A stretch of 64,000 bases of DNA. Source: Dehalococcoidia bacterium. GTDB taxonomy: Bacteria > Chloroflexota > Dehalococcoidia > Lucifugimonadales > JAGWBF01. The notes beneath the pieces were generated by a model. The model saw only the letters and a list, made by a program, of their open reading frames with translations, was not told the origin of the DNA and did not search any database. Below are positions 52,574 through 60,822 of this stretch, piece by piece (positions within the stretch are counted from its first letter, which is position 1; each line of letters begins with the position of its first letter). A program made the translations under genes and the position numbers. Location of the stretch: contig OZ240207.1 in NCBI GenBank assembly GCA_965197415.1, positions 2,790,491 through 2,854,490 on the forward strand, in the 5' to 3' direction.

Positions 52574-53410
52574 CTATTCGAGCAGGACATTGTCTATGAG
52601 CCGGGCCTTCCCGATGCGAACGGCGGTGGAAACCATAGCCTGAGGCGCCGCCTCTGCCAGCTCCTCGAGGGTCACCGAGTCCGCCACGCTTACGTAGTCG
52701 ATGCTTGAAACCAGGGGTTCAGAGTCCAACACGGCTTTCATCTCCGCGCGGAGCGCGTCACACCTGGTCTCACCCTGCCGCCATAGGTCCACAGCTCTAG
52801 TGAGCGCGTTGTAAATCACCGGAGCGGCACGCCTCTCGTCAGGGGTCAGGTACACGTTCCGGCTGCTCATGGCCAGGCCGTCTTCTTCCCGCACCGTCGG
52901 CACATCCACGATTTCCACGTCCATGTCCAGGTCCTTCACCATGCGGCTGATCACCGCCAGCTGCTGGCCGTCCTTCCGGCCAAAGTAGGCGCGGTCGGGC
53001 CTCACGATATTGAACAGCTTGGCGACCACGGTGGCCACGCCCCGGAAGTGGCCGGGGCGGGACGCTCCTTCGAGGACTTCCGAGGTCTTTTCCACCTCAA
53101 TCCATGCGTCGAACCCTGGAGGGTACATCTCTTCGGGAGTTGGGGCAAAAACCAAGTCCACTCCTTCGTCCCTCAAGAGTGCCAGGTCTCTGTCCATGTC
53201 CCTGGGGTAAGAGGCCAGGTCCTCTCCTTGAGCGAACTGGGAGGGATTGACGAATATGGACACTACGGCAACGTCGTTCTCACTCCGGGCCTTGCGCACC
53301 AGAGTCAAGTGCCCTTCATGGAGGCTGCCCATGGTGGGTACGAGGCCCACCGACCCGGCGACTCTGCCTCTGGCCTCCCTGAAGCCTCTAACGGTGTCCA
53401 GAACATCCAT
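52574..53410 (-). CDS. panC: Pantoate--beta-alanine ligase
   Basis: VPTMGSLHEGH, SIFVNPSQF, RPGHFRGV, GLAMSSRN, RLIDN. Confidence 0.97.
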   Translation of the reverse strand: MDVLDTVRGFREARGRVAGSVGLVPTMGSLHEGHLTLVRKARSENDVAVVSIFVNPSQFAQGEDLASYPRDMDRDLALLRDEGVDLVFAPTPEEMYPPGFDAWIEVEKTSEVLEGASRPGHFRGVATVVAKLFNIVRPDRAYFGRKDGQQLAVISRMVKDLDMDVEIVDVPTVREEDGLAMSSRNVYLTPDERRAAPVIYNALTRAVDLWRQGETRCDALRAEMKAVLDSEPLVSSIDYVSVADSVTLEELAEAAPQAMVSTAVRIGKARLIDNVLLE

Positions 53411-53429
53411 AGCGAAACTTCCGGGCTTC

Positions 53430-54293
53430 CTACGGCTTGTACAAGGACTGGTCGACGATCTCCTCAACTTCCTTCATCACCCCGTCGTCCATGCCGAAAC
53501 TCTCCTTTTCGCCAGGGAACGTTCCTTCCTGGACATCCGAAGCGTAACGGCGCAGAGCGTCTGAAATGGTCGTCGCCAGCTTGGTGTATTGCCGGGCGTG
53601 CTTTGGAGCGAAGTCGGTGAAGAGTCCGAGCATATCGTGGAGCACCTGCACCTGCCCATCGCAATGGGGCCCTGCTCCGATTCCGATGGTCGGTATGGTC
53701 AGTCTGCGACTGATGGCGCCAGCCAGAGAAGTGGGCAGCAGCTCCAGCACGACGGCATAAGCGCCCGCGTCTTCCAGAGCTACGGCGTCCCTGATTAGCT
53801 GGGCCGCTTCTTCTATGTCCTTTCCCCTGACCCTATAGCCGCCAAAGCCATTCACCGATTGGGGAGTCAGCCCAATGTGGCCCATGACAGGTACGCCGCT
53901 CTCCACGATTCGGGAGACGGTCTCCGCGACTCTTACGCCCCCTTCGAGCTTCACCGAATGGGCGCCGCCTTCCTGCAACAGCCGACCAGCGTTCCGCATG
54001 GCCTCGCCCGCGTCTATCTGGTAGGTCATAAAGGGGAGGTCGGCGACCACCATGGACCTCTTGACGCCCCGAACGACGGCCTTGGTGTGGTGGATGATGT
54101 CCTCCATGGTAACGGGTATCGTGGACTCGTGGCCGAGCATCACCATGCCCAGGCTGTCGCCTACCAGAATCAACGGAATCTCGGCCTCGTCCGCCAGCTT
54201 TGCCGTGGGGTAATCGTAGGCTGTGACCATGGGGATTTTCTCGCCCCGAGCCTTGAGGTCGGCAATCTCTCTAACGGTGACCCTTCGATTCAT
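53430..54293 (-). CDS. panB: 3-methyl-2-oxobutanoate hydroxymethyltransferase
   Basis: TAYDY, LVGDSLGM, VKLEGG, GHIGLTPQ, IGIGAG. Confidence 0.98.
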   Translation of the reverse strand: MNRRVTVREIADLKARGEKIPMVTAYDYPTAKLADEAEIPLILVGDSLGMVMLGHESTIPVTMEDIIHHTKAVVRGVKRSMVVADLPFMTYQIDAGEAMRNAGRLLQEGGAHSVKLEGGVRVAETVSRIVESGVPVMGHIGLTPQSVNGFGGYRVRGKDIEEAAQLIRDAVALEDAGAYAVVLELLPTSLAGAISRRLTIPTIGIGAGPHCDGQVQVLHDMLGLFTDFAPKHARQYTKLATTISDALRRYASDVQEGTFPGEKESFGMDDGVMKEVEEIVDQSLYKP

Positions 54294-54309
54294 TCGTCGA
54301 GTCCTCTTA

Positions 54310-55212
54310 TCAGAATTTTGAGCGTCGTGTCGCGCAATCCCCCGACGCCGATTCCACTAACTCCTCGATTTCGTCTATCGACTCCTCGTCTACACCGTTG
54401 GCCAAGGCCATCTTGTAAGTCCCCCGCGCCATGTCCCGATACATGGGTATGAGGTGAGGCAGTCTCTGCCCCAGGGAGCTTATGTGGGACGCCACTGTGG
54501 CTTTATCCCCCCGCATCAAAGGCCCCGTGACGCTTGGGGCTACGCCTGAGCGCGAAATGTTGTCCAGGGTTGTCCTGGCAATGGGCAATATGGCGGAGAG
54601 GGCTTGGTCGTCCGAAAACCCCATCTCCCTCCAAACGTCCACGGCGGCTTGCACCAGGACTCCCAGGTATCCGCAGCTCATGACCGCCGACGCGTGGTAC
54701 ATCGGGCGGTCGTCGGCTTCCAGGGATATGGCCTTGCCCCCCAGGGACTGGGCCATCTGTGTGAGGGTTTCGAGGGCCGGACCGTCTCCGTCAACGGCAA
54801 AGGTCGCTCCCCGCACCCTCTCCGCTGCCTCGTCTGCGGACCTTATCCCCGCAAAGGTCTGGAAGGGATGGAAGGCTCCTCTGAGGCCCTCCGCCAGCTT
54901 GACGGGTTCCAGGGGTTCCAACGACAAAGCTCCGCTGCAATGCACGGCCAGCTGCCCTTTGCGCCACGGCGCCGTGGACGCAATCTCCCCGATGGAGTCG
55001 TCGGGCGCCGTAATGAACACTGTCTCGCAGCCCGCGGCCAGATCTTCAACCGATGCGGCCTCGCACCCCGGAATCAGCCTCGCCAGATTACGAGCCGATT
55101 CATGGGTGCGGCTGGAAACACAGACGACCCCGTATCCGGCGTTGTGCAGCGCCAGGGCAAGGCCTGTTCCCACCGCGCCGGCGCCAATGAATCCTATGGC
55201 TCCGTTATTCAA
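54310..55212 (-). CDS. Rossmann-like + DUF2520 oxidoreductase (PanG-type ketopantoate reductase candidate)
   Basis: GAGAVG, PDD, HCSGA, HPFQTF, YHASAV, TGPLMRGD; in pan operon. Confidence 0.85.
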   Translation of the reverse strand: MNNGAIGFIGAGAVGTGLALALHNAGYGVVCVSSRTHESARNLARLIPGCEAASVEDLAAGCETVFITAPDDSIGEIASTAPWRKGQLAVHCSGALSLEPLEPVKLAEGLRGAFHPFQTFAGIRSADEAAERVRGATFAVDGDGPALETLTQMAQSLGGKAISLEADDRPMYHASAVMSCGYLGVLVQAAVDVWREMGFSDDQALSAILPIARTTLDNISRSGVAPSVTGPLMRGDKATVASHISSLGQRLPHLIPMYRDMARGTYKMALANGVDEESIDEIEELVESASGDCATRRSKF

Positions 55213-56188
55213 GAGACTCTTTCCATTCGGAGGCCGAGGGCACGCCGCCCAAGCCCGTGGCCAGCGTCACGGCCCGCACTATAGACAAGCTCACCGCCTC
55301 CACGACGGCCGCTCCCAAGGCGGTCAGGTCAGCCTCCACCGGCGAGCTGCCTGTGGCGAGGGCAAACATGGAGTCTCCGTCCCGGATGGTGTGGCAAGGC
55401 CTTATGGCCATCGCAAGGCCGTCGTGGCTGACTCTTGCCAGATGGTGGACCTGCTCCTTGGTGAGTTTTGCGTCGGTGGCCACAACTCCAATGGTGGTGT
55501 TGACCCCGATGGGCGCCGCTGCACTGGAATTCTGAGAGAGCAAGACCTCTACGGAGTCCAGGAATTCTCCCGTCGATGCTTCGCGCGGCCCTGCCAGAAT
55601 GCACCCAGTCTTTGGGTCCGCCACTCCGCCGAAAGCATTGACGGCAACTATGGCGCCCGCGGTCAGACCATCGCCGGTGCGGACTGCGGCGGTGCCGATG
55701 CCCCCCTTGACGGCCCGTTCCATTCCCAGGGCTTTGCCCACCGTGGCGCCAGTGCCTGCCCCCACCGATCCCTCTTCCACTGCACGGTCAGTCGCCGACA
55801 GGCAGGCCCTGTATCCGTCGTCGGCCTCAGGCCTTGCCGTATGTGTCACGAGCCCCAGGTCGTAGAGGACTGCAGCCGACACTATGGGGACTTTCACGGC
55901 TCCAGCCTCAAATCCCACACCCTTCTCTTCCAAATACTTCACGACGCCTGCCGCGGCGTCTAGACCAAACGCGGAGCCTCCGCTGAGCAGGACCGCATGT
56001 ACTTTTTCCACCAGGTTTCCCGGCCTAAGCAGGTCCGTCTCTCTCGTTCCTGGAGCCCCGCCCCGCACGTCCACACCGGCTACGGCTCCGTCCATCGCCA
56101 GGATGACGGTGCACCCTGTCGCCCCGTCCAGATTGGTGCAGTGGCCGACTTGAATGCCTGGAGTTTCGACGATTCCTCGGACGGTCAT
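55205..56188 (-). CDS. P1/S58 (DmpA-like) family Ntn hydrolase
   Basis: TGCTV, VRGGAPGTRETD, LSGGSAFGL, GAGTGA, N-TTIGVVATD autoprocessing site, DGD..FALATG. Confidence 0.92.
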   Translation of the reverse strand: MTVRGIVETPGIQVGHCTNLDGATGCTVILAMDGAVAGVDVRGGAPGTRETDLLRPGNLVEKVHAVLLSGGSAFGLDAAAGVVKYLEEKGVGFEAGAVKVPIVSAAVLYDLGLVTHTARPEADDGYRACLSATDRAVEEGSVGAGTGATVGKALGMERAVKGGIGTAAVRTGDGLTAGAIVAVNAFGGVADPKTGCILAGPREASTGEFLDSVEVLLSQNSSAAAPIGVNTTIGVVATDAKLTKEQVHHLARVSHDGLAMAIRPCHTIRDGDSMFALATGSSPVEADLTALGAAVVEAVSLSIVRAVTLATGLGGVPSASEWKESLE

Positions 56189-56200
56189 GATGAAAACAAT

Positions 56201-56234
56201 AAAATGCCTTCCCCCCTGTTCAAGGGGAAAGGCA
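56201..56234 (-). terminator. Leader (attenuator) terminator upstream of the pan operon
   Basis: Minus-strand stem UGCCUUUCCCC/GGGGGAAGGCA followed by UUUUAUUGUUUU, about 12 nt before the start codon. Confidence 0.75.
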
Positions 56235-56332
56235 CAAAGGTCTTTCGGCTATTTCGACCGTCCGGGCCTTCTGGGGTTCCGGCGGCCACGATTGTCCCGC
56301 TTATGGCTCACCCCCTCACCGGGTGGATGGCA
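56235..56332 (-). ncRNA. Structured 5' leader, candidate pan-motif RNA
   Basis: Hairpin CCGCCGGAACC-CCAGAA-GGCCCGGACGG (56258-56285) with unpaired A's; lies between promoter and terminator upstream of panBC. Confidence 0.5.
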
Positions 56333-56337
56333 ACTAA

Positions 56338-56365
56338 ATCATACCATCCGGCTAGGGCGTGTCAA
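56338..56365 (-). promoter_or_regulatory. Sigma70-type promoter of pan operon
   Basis: TTGACA-16 bp-TATGAT with TG extension on the minus strand. Confidence 0.65.
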
Positions 56366-56390
56366 GCGGGCGTTCCGATCACCCCAACAC

Positions 56391-56549
56391 TGTCATTTCA
56401 AACGCCGCGAAGCGGTGTGAGGAATCTAAAATCCTTGCACACTAGGACCGCTCGACTAGAAAACGCCAAAGAAGCAACGACCCGTCACTGGGACGTAGCC
56501 GCGTCTGTGGAGGTCCTGCTTAGATTCCTCGCTGCTCTTCGGAATGACA
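56391..56549. repeat. REP/MITE-like element (TGTCATT..GAGGAATCTA / TAGATTCCTC..GAATGACA)
   Basis: Terminal inverted repeats tgtcatt/aatgaca and gaggaatctaa/ttagattcctc around a spacer of about 90 bp. Confidence 0.7.
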
Positions 56550-56645
56550 GTATGGGGGACTCTCGGCGGGCCTTTCGGGCGCACGCTCTCAGTTGCTCGC
56601 CGTTCCTCGGCCCCGTCTCTAGAGCATAAAGCTGCTCGGCAGGGT

Positions 56646-56951
56646 CTAGGCGGCCAGAGGAGCGAGCTCCCTTTCTTCAGCCGACTTGCGGATTATCCTG
56701 AAGATGGTCCTCTGGCTGATGGAGAACTGTGAGGCCACCTCGGAGATGGAGACGCCATCCCGCTTGACGGCTTCTATGATGTTCTGGTCCCGCTCTCGTC
56801 GCTTCTCGCGTTGAAGCCAGCCAGGGTCGTCGTATTTGCATTGGGGTAGAGGGCACCTGAGGCACGAAGGGTATATGTCGCATCCGTCGTCTCTGTAGGG
56901 GAACCTTTCGGGCAACATGTCTACTGAAGCAACCGCAGCCTGTCGAAGCAT
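56646..56951 (-). CDS. Small HTH protein with N-terminal four-Cys cluster
   Basis: DDGCDIYPSCLRCPLPQCKYDDP then GVSISEVASQFSISQRTIFRII HTH; GAGGTG RBS. Confidence 0.8.
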   Translation of the reverse strand: MLRQAAVASVDMLPERFPYRDDGCDIYPSCLRCPLPQCKYDDPGWLQREKRRERDQNIIEAVKRDGVSISEVASQFSISQRTIFRIIRKSAEERELAPLAA

Positions 56952-56976
56952 AACTACACCTCACGATTGGTTAGAA

Positions 56977-57006
56977 AACATTATAGAACAGACGTTCTAT
57001 AATGTT
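56977..57006. promoter_or_regulatory. Perfect palindrome containing a LexA box, overlapping the promoter of the HTH gene
   Basis: aacattatagaac-agac-gttctataatgtt (13-bp arms) with GAAC-N4-GTTC core; contains TATAAT on both strands. Confidence 0.8.
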
Positions 57007-57163
57007 CAATAGGTCTTTGGCTGAGGTTGACGGCTTTTGGGGCTGTCGATATAGCGCTTGCTCACCCATTGCCACGTGCTATCATGATACGGCGGTGGGA
57101 GCACGGCTTTTTAGGCTGTTGATATAGCGTTTCCCACCCCACCTGCGTCGAGGGAGGGCCGTT

Positions 57164-58153
57164 ATGCCGGCCAACCTGCCTCCCGCATACTACGAAGCGG
57201 AAAAGCGGTTCAGGGCAGCGAAAAGCATCCCTGAAAAGGTGGCCGCCCTCCAGGAGATGATGTCCGCTACCCCCAAGCACAAGGGGACGGACCATCTGAG
57301 AGCCGACCAGAGGTCTCGCCTGGCCCGGTTAATGGCCGACCTCGAAAAGCCAAGGGCTACAGCCGGAGGAGGCCCACAACCCTTCTCTATCCGGAAGGAG
57401 GGAGCCGGACAGGCTGCACTCATAGGTCTGCCGAACTCAGGCAAGTCGCAATTGCTCGCCGTTCTCACCGGGGCCTCGGTCAAAGTGGCCCCTTATCCCT
57501 TCTCCACCCAGGTCCCACAGCCCGGCATGTTGAAGCACCAGAACGTCCTTACTCAACTGATAGACACGCCCGCCCTCAACGATCAGGACATGCAGACCAG
57601 GCTCTTCAGCCTCCTCAGAAACGCCGACCTTCTTCTTCCAGTCCTTGACCTGTCAACCGACCCGGTGGAACAGTTTGACGAAATCACGTCCGAGCTTGGC
57701 CGTTGGGGGTTCCGCCTGCTGGATCGGCATGAGGACCCCGACCCGGAAGACTACCGCACCAACAAGAAGTGCGTCATCATCGCCAACAAGGCCGACATGG
57801 ACGGGGCCCTCGATCAGTACCTCAGAATCGAAGAAGTGGTGGGCGACCTCCACTGGCTGGTCATGACTTCAGCAACAGAAGACGTAGGATTGGACCAGCT
57901 TCGGGAAAACGCATTCGCGGCACTGGGCAAGGTCCGCGTCTATACCAGAGCGCCCGGCGAGGAACCGAACTACGATTCGCCCATCATTCTCACCATGGGC
58001 AGCAACGTGGAGGACGCGGCCCAGTCGCTGCACAGGGACTGGAAGCAGAGACTCAAGTATGCCCTACTCTGGGGATCGGGAAAGTTCGACGCCCAAAGGG
58101 TGGGCAGAGACTACGTCCTGGCCGATGGAGACGTCCTGGAGTTCCACGGGTAA
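57164..58153 (+). CDS. DRG/OBG-family GTP-binding protein with TGS domain
   Basis: MPANLPP, PKHKGTDHL, GLPNSGKS, APYPFST, NKAD, Q.VGRDYVLADGDVLE. Confidence 0.88.
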   Translation: MPANLPPAYYEAEKRFRAAKSIPEKVAALQEMMSATPKHKGTDHLRADQRSRLARLMADLEKPRATAGGGPQPFSIRKEGAGQAALIGLPNSGKSQLLAVLTGASVKVAPYPFSTQVPQPGMLKHQNVLTQLIDTPALNDQDMQTRLFSLLRNADLLLPVLDLSTDPVEQFDEITSELGRWGFRLLDRHEDPDPEDYRTNKKCVIIANKADMDGALDQYLRIEEVVGDLHWLVMTSATEDVGLDQLRENAFAALGKVRVYTRAPGEEPNYDSPIILTMGSNVEDAAQSLHRDWKQRLKYALLWGSGKFDAQRVGRDYVLADGDVLEFHG

Positions 58154-58267
58154 CCCGAGCTGTGGCGTCATGAAGGCTCCGTGTAGGCCAAGTAATTCGG
58201 GGCGGTGGCCGAAACAACGAGACCTTCTGACAGCTTGTAGTCGCCTTACGTACGTCAATTTGTTAAG

Positions 58268-58990
58268 ATGCTGCACATGAAAATAGAAGATGAGAAATTA
58301 CAAGAACTACGAAACAAAGCGCAATGTCTGCTGAGTTCGTTATCCCAGGAACGTCCAGTATTTGTGGAATTCGCAGGCACTCCCAAGAGCGGAAAGAGCA
58401 CGTGCATTGACACTGTGAACCACTTCTTTCGGAGACTGGGTTACAAGGTGCTCGCGCCTACTGAAGGCGCTTCCAAGCGAACCCCTTATTATCTCAAAGA
58501 TAATTTCGTCGCATTTAACACTTGGTCTGCAGTCTATGCGTTGACCCACATTTTAGAGGGCCGACACGGATCGGACCAATATAATTTGGTTATAATGGAT
58601 CGGGGTCTCTTCGACGCACTGGCGTGGTTCGAGCTTCTGAAGGATAAGGGTGATGTTACAAATGAAGAATGTTCCATTGTCCAGAGCTTCTTGATGGTCG
58701 ACCATTGGCGAGAGCTAATCGATATGGTTTTCTTGTTCAAGACGGACCCGCCCACATCGCTAAAGCGTGAAAACAATAACAAACTAATAGACGAACCGGG
58801 CCGAGCCATGAACACGGCTGCTCTTGAAGACCTGAACAAGGCTTACCAAGCCATCAGTTCCAAATACGCTTCACAGTTCAACCGACTCCACGTTGTGGAC
58901 ACTGACGACAGTCACGGCTCTACGCCCCAGTCGACAGCCTATGAGGTCGCTGAAAAGATTATCGAGCACATCCGGACTAAAGCAAGGTGA
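58268..58990 (+). CDS. P-loop nucleotide kinase-like protein (thymidylate-kinase fold)
   Basis: VEFAGTPKSGKST Walker A, MDRGLFD (DR motif); AT-richer codon usage. Confidence 0.8.
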   Translation: MLHMKIEDEKLQELRNKAQCLLSSLSQERPVFVEFAGTPKSGKSTCIDTVNHFFRRLGYKVLAPTEGASKRTPYYLKDNFVAFNTWSAVYALTHILEGRHGSDQYNLVIMDRGLFDALAWFELLKDKGDVTNEECSIVQSFLMVDHWRELIDMVFLFKTDPPTSLKRENNNKLIDEPGRAMNTAALEDLNKAYQAISSKYASQFNRLHVVDTDDSHGSTPQSTAYEVAEKIIEHIRTKAR

Positions 58991-59634
58991 CCACAATGCA
59001 AGCCAACCGTATCCTCGTTTTTCCGCGTGCTGTTTTCGGCGATGTCTTTTCGCTTCTGCCGTGGGACTCGATTCAAGAGCAGATTGAAAAGATTGAAAAC
59101 ACCTTTTCATGGCTGGATAGACCGGATGCCGAGCGGTCCAACGATTGGGTTCAGGCAATTCCGTGCGTTTTCATTCGGGACTACGAGGGCAAGTATTGCG
59201 TTCTGAGGCGTGTACAGAACTACCGAGCCGACCTCAACAAAAAGTTGAGCCTGGTTGTGGGAGGCCACATTGATGAAACCAGCGACCACGGTTCGTTTCA
59301 GACATCCATGTCTTTAAATCTTATGCGAGAGCTAGATGAGGAGATTGGCATGATTCCCGAGGAAAGTCCCCGTCCTGTCGGTGTCATCATCGACTATTCT
59401 TCTATCGAAGCCTCCCGTCATGTCGCGTTCCTGCACGAGATGACATCTCAGCACGTCTTTCCGATAGCGTCGGAAGAATTCGCGATGCGGTCGAAATATA
59501 AAGGTGCTTTTCTGGACACGTCCAAGCTCACAGAGATGCGAAATAAATTCGACCCATGGTCGAAACTCCTAATCGAGGAATATATCTGTAGGGGAGATGT
59601 TCTCCCGCAACCACGACAAAGGTCCTTCCTTTAG
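58987..59634 (+). CDS. Nudix-family hydrolase (COG4112-like)
   Basis: QAIPC, SLVVGGHID, RELDEEIG Nudix box; GTGA overlap with the upstream gene. Confidence 0.8.
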   Translation: MTTMQANRILVFPRAVFGDVFSLLPWDSIQEQIEKIENTFSWLDRPDAERSNDWVQAIPCVFIRDYEGKYCVLRRVQNYRADLNKKLSLVVGGHIDETSDHGSFQTSMSLNLMRELDEEIGMIPEESPRPVGVIIDYSSIEASRHVAFLHEMTSQHVFPIASEEFAMRSKYKGAFLDTSKLTEMRNKFDPWSKLLIEEYICRGDVLPQPRQRSFL

Positions 59635-59728
59635 GAACGGATAGTGTGCCTCAGTGGGTGGCTCCGGTCGTTGTAACCGATCTTGGGCCTAGCTGAGATA
59701 CGATGCGGCCTTCGCCGGGACCCCGCCT

Positions 59729-60238
59729 CTAACGGAGCCCTTGGGGGAGGTCGACGGTCATGCGGGCGGACTCGACGTCCACGTCCAGGACCACTCCTTC
59801 CAGAGCGGGCACAAGGACCTCCCGCCCATCGTTGGTCACCACGTACACATCATTGGGGCCCACATCGAGGATTTCTGTCACAGCTCCCAGTAGCTCCCCG
59901 GAGACGGTGTAGACCTCCATGTCGATGAGCTGGAAGTGGTAGTAGCTGCCGTCAGGCGGAGGGGGGACCATGTCTCTTGGGACCGTCAGTTCCAGTCCCA
60001 GCAAATTCTGGGCTTCTTCCCGGGAATCGATTCCCTCCAGCTTTATCGCAAGGGAGCCGTCCGGGAGCTTGGCGGACCTCTGAAGGAGACGAGGCGTTCC
60101 GTCCAGAAATAAATGTCCCCCGGGGGAAAACCTCCCGGGGAAATCGCTTAAGGGTTCTATCTTCAATTGTCCGGCCAGTCCTCTGACCGCTATTACTTTT
60201 CCCACCACAACCGGCCCGTCGTCTTGTTCCCTTCCCAT
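59729..60238 (-). CDS. rimM: Ribosome maturation factor RimM
   Basis: VGKV...GL.G, GIDSREEA, YYHFQLI, NDVYVV, LVPA; downstream of rpsP-khpA. Confidence 0.93.
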   Translation of the reverse strand: MGREQDDGPVVVGKVIAVRGLAGQLKIEPLSDFPGRFSPGGHLFLDGTPRLLQRSAKLPDGSLAIKLEGIDSREEAQNLLGLELTVPRDMVPPPPDGSYYHFQLIDMEVYTVSGELLGAVTEILDVGPNDVYVVTNDGREVLVPALEGVVLDVDVESARMTVDLPQGLR

Positions 60239-60260
60239 CGCGGGACCGGCTATTGGACCG

Positions 60261-60488
60261 TTAGACTATTTCGAGCACAGCGCGGGCGCCGTTTTTCACC
60301 GCAGCCACGCGAAGGAGCACCCGCATGGCTTGAGCAACCCGCCCTTGGCGGCCGATTATCTTCCCTTTGTCCTCGTCGGCCACCTCTAGCCTCAACACCA
60401 CCCGGTCGTCTTCCACCTCTTCATGAACGACCACTTCTTCGGGCTTACTGGCTAGGCTCTTGGCGATATACTCGATGAGCTCCTTCAT
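60261..60488 (-). CDS. khpA: KH domain RNA-binding protein
   Basis: MKELIEYIAKSL, DKGKIIGRQGR. Confidence 0.93.
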   Translation of the reverse strand: MKELIEYIAKSLASKPEEVVVHEEVEDDRVVLRLEVADEDKGKIIGRQGRVAQAMRVLLRVAAVKNGARAVLEIV

Positions 60489-60742
60489 TGCGCCTGTGCC
60501 TTCTCGTAAATCCCGTTCCACTTGAAGATGCGTTCAACTGCTTCCGACGGTTGGGCTCCCTTTTGCAGCCAGCCCACCGCCTTTTCCTCGTCCAACGTCA
60601 CTTTAGGCGGGTCGATGAGAGGGTCATAGTGGCCTATCCACTCAACATAGGCGCCGTCTCTGGGGGCCCTGCGGTCTGCAACAACGATACGGTAGGAAGG
60701 ACGCCCCTTTTTCCCCACTCGCCTAAGTCGGATTCGCAACAT
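60485..60742 (-). CDS. rpsP: 30S ribosomal protein S16
   Basis: MLRIRLRRVGKK.RPSYRIVVAD.R.PRDG, WLQKGAQPS. Confidence 0.97.
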   Translation of the reverse strand: MLRIRLRRVGKKGRPSYRIVVADRRAPRDGAYVEWIGHYDPLIDPPKVTLDEEKAVGWLQKGAQPSEAVERIFKWNGIYEKAQAQ

Positions 60743-60822
60743 GAAGCCTGGACCTCGGTCAGATAAAGTTAACTTAGCGATTCTAAGGCTACGGGTTAGC
60801 CTTGTCAACGTCAGGCAGGCTG

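Noticed and set aside
56262-56282. Resemblance of CCTTCTGGGGTTCCG to the guanidine-I (ykkC) riboswitch
   Set aside because: It is on the strand opposite the downstream operon, and the 3' conserved ykkC elements are absent.
56305-56332. CCGGTGAGG similarity to the tRNA-Sec D arm
   Set aside because: No UCA anticodon loop, T arm or acceptor stem.
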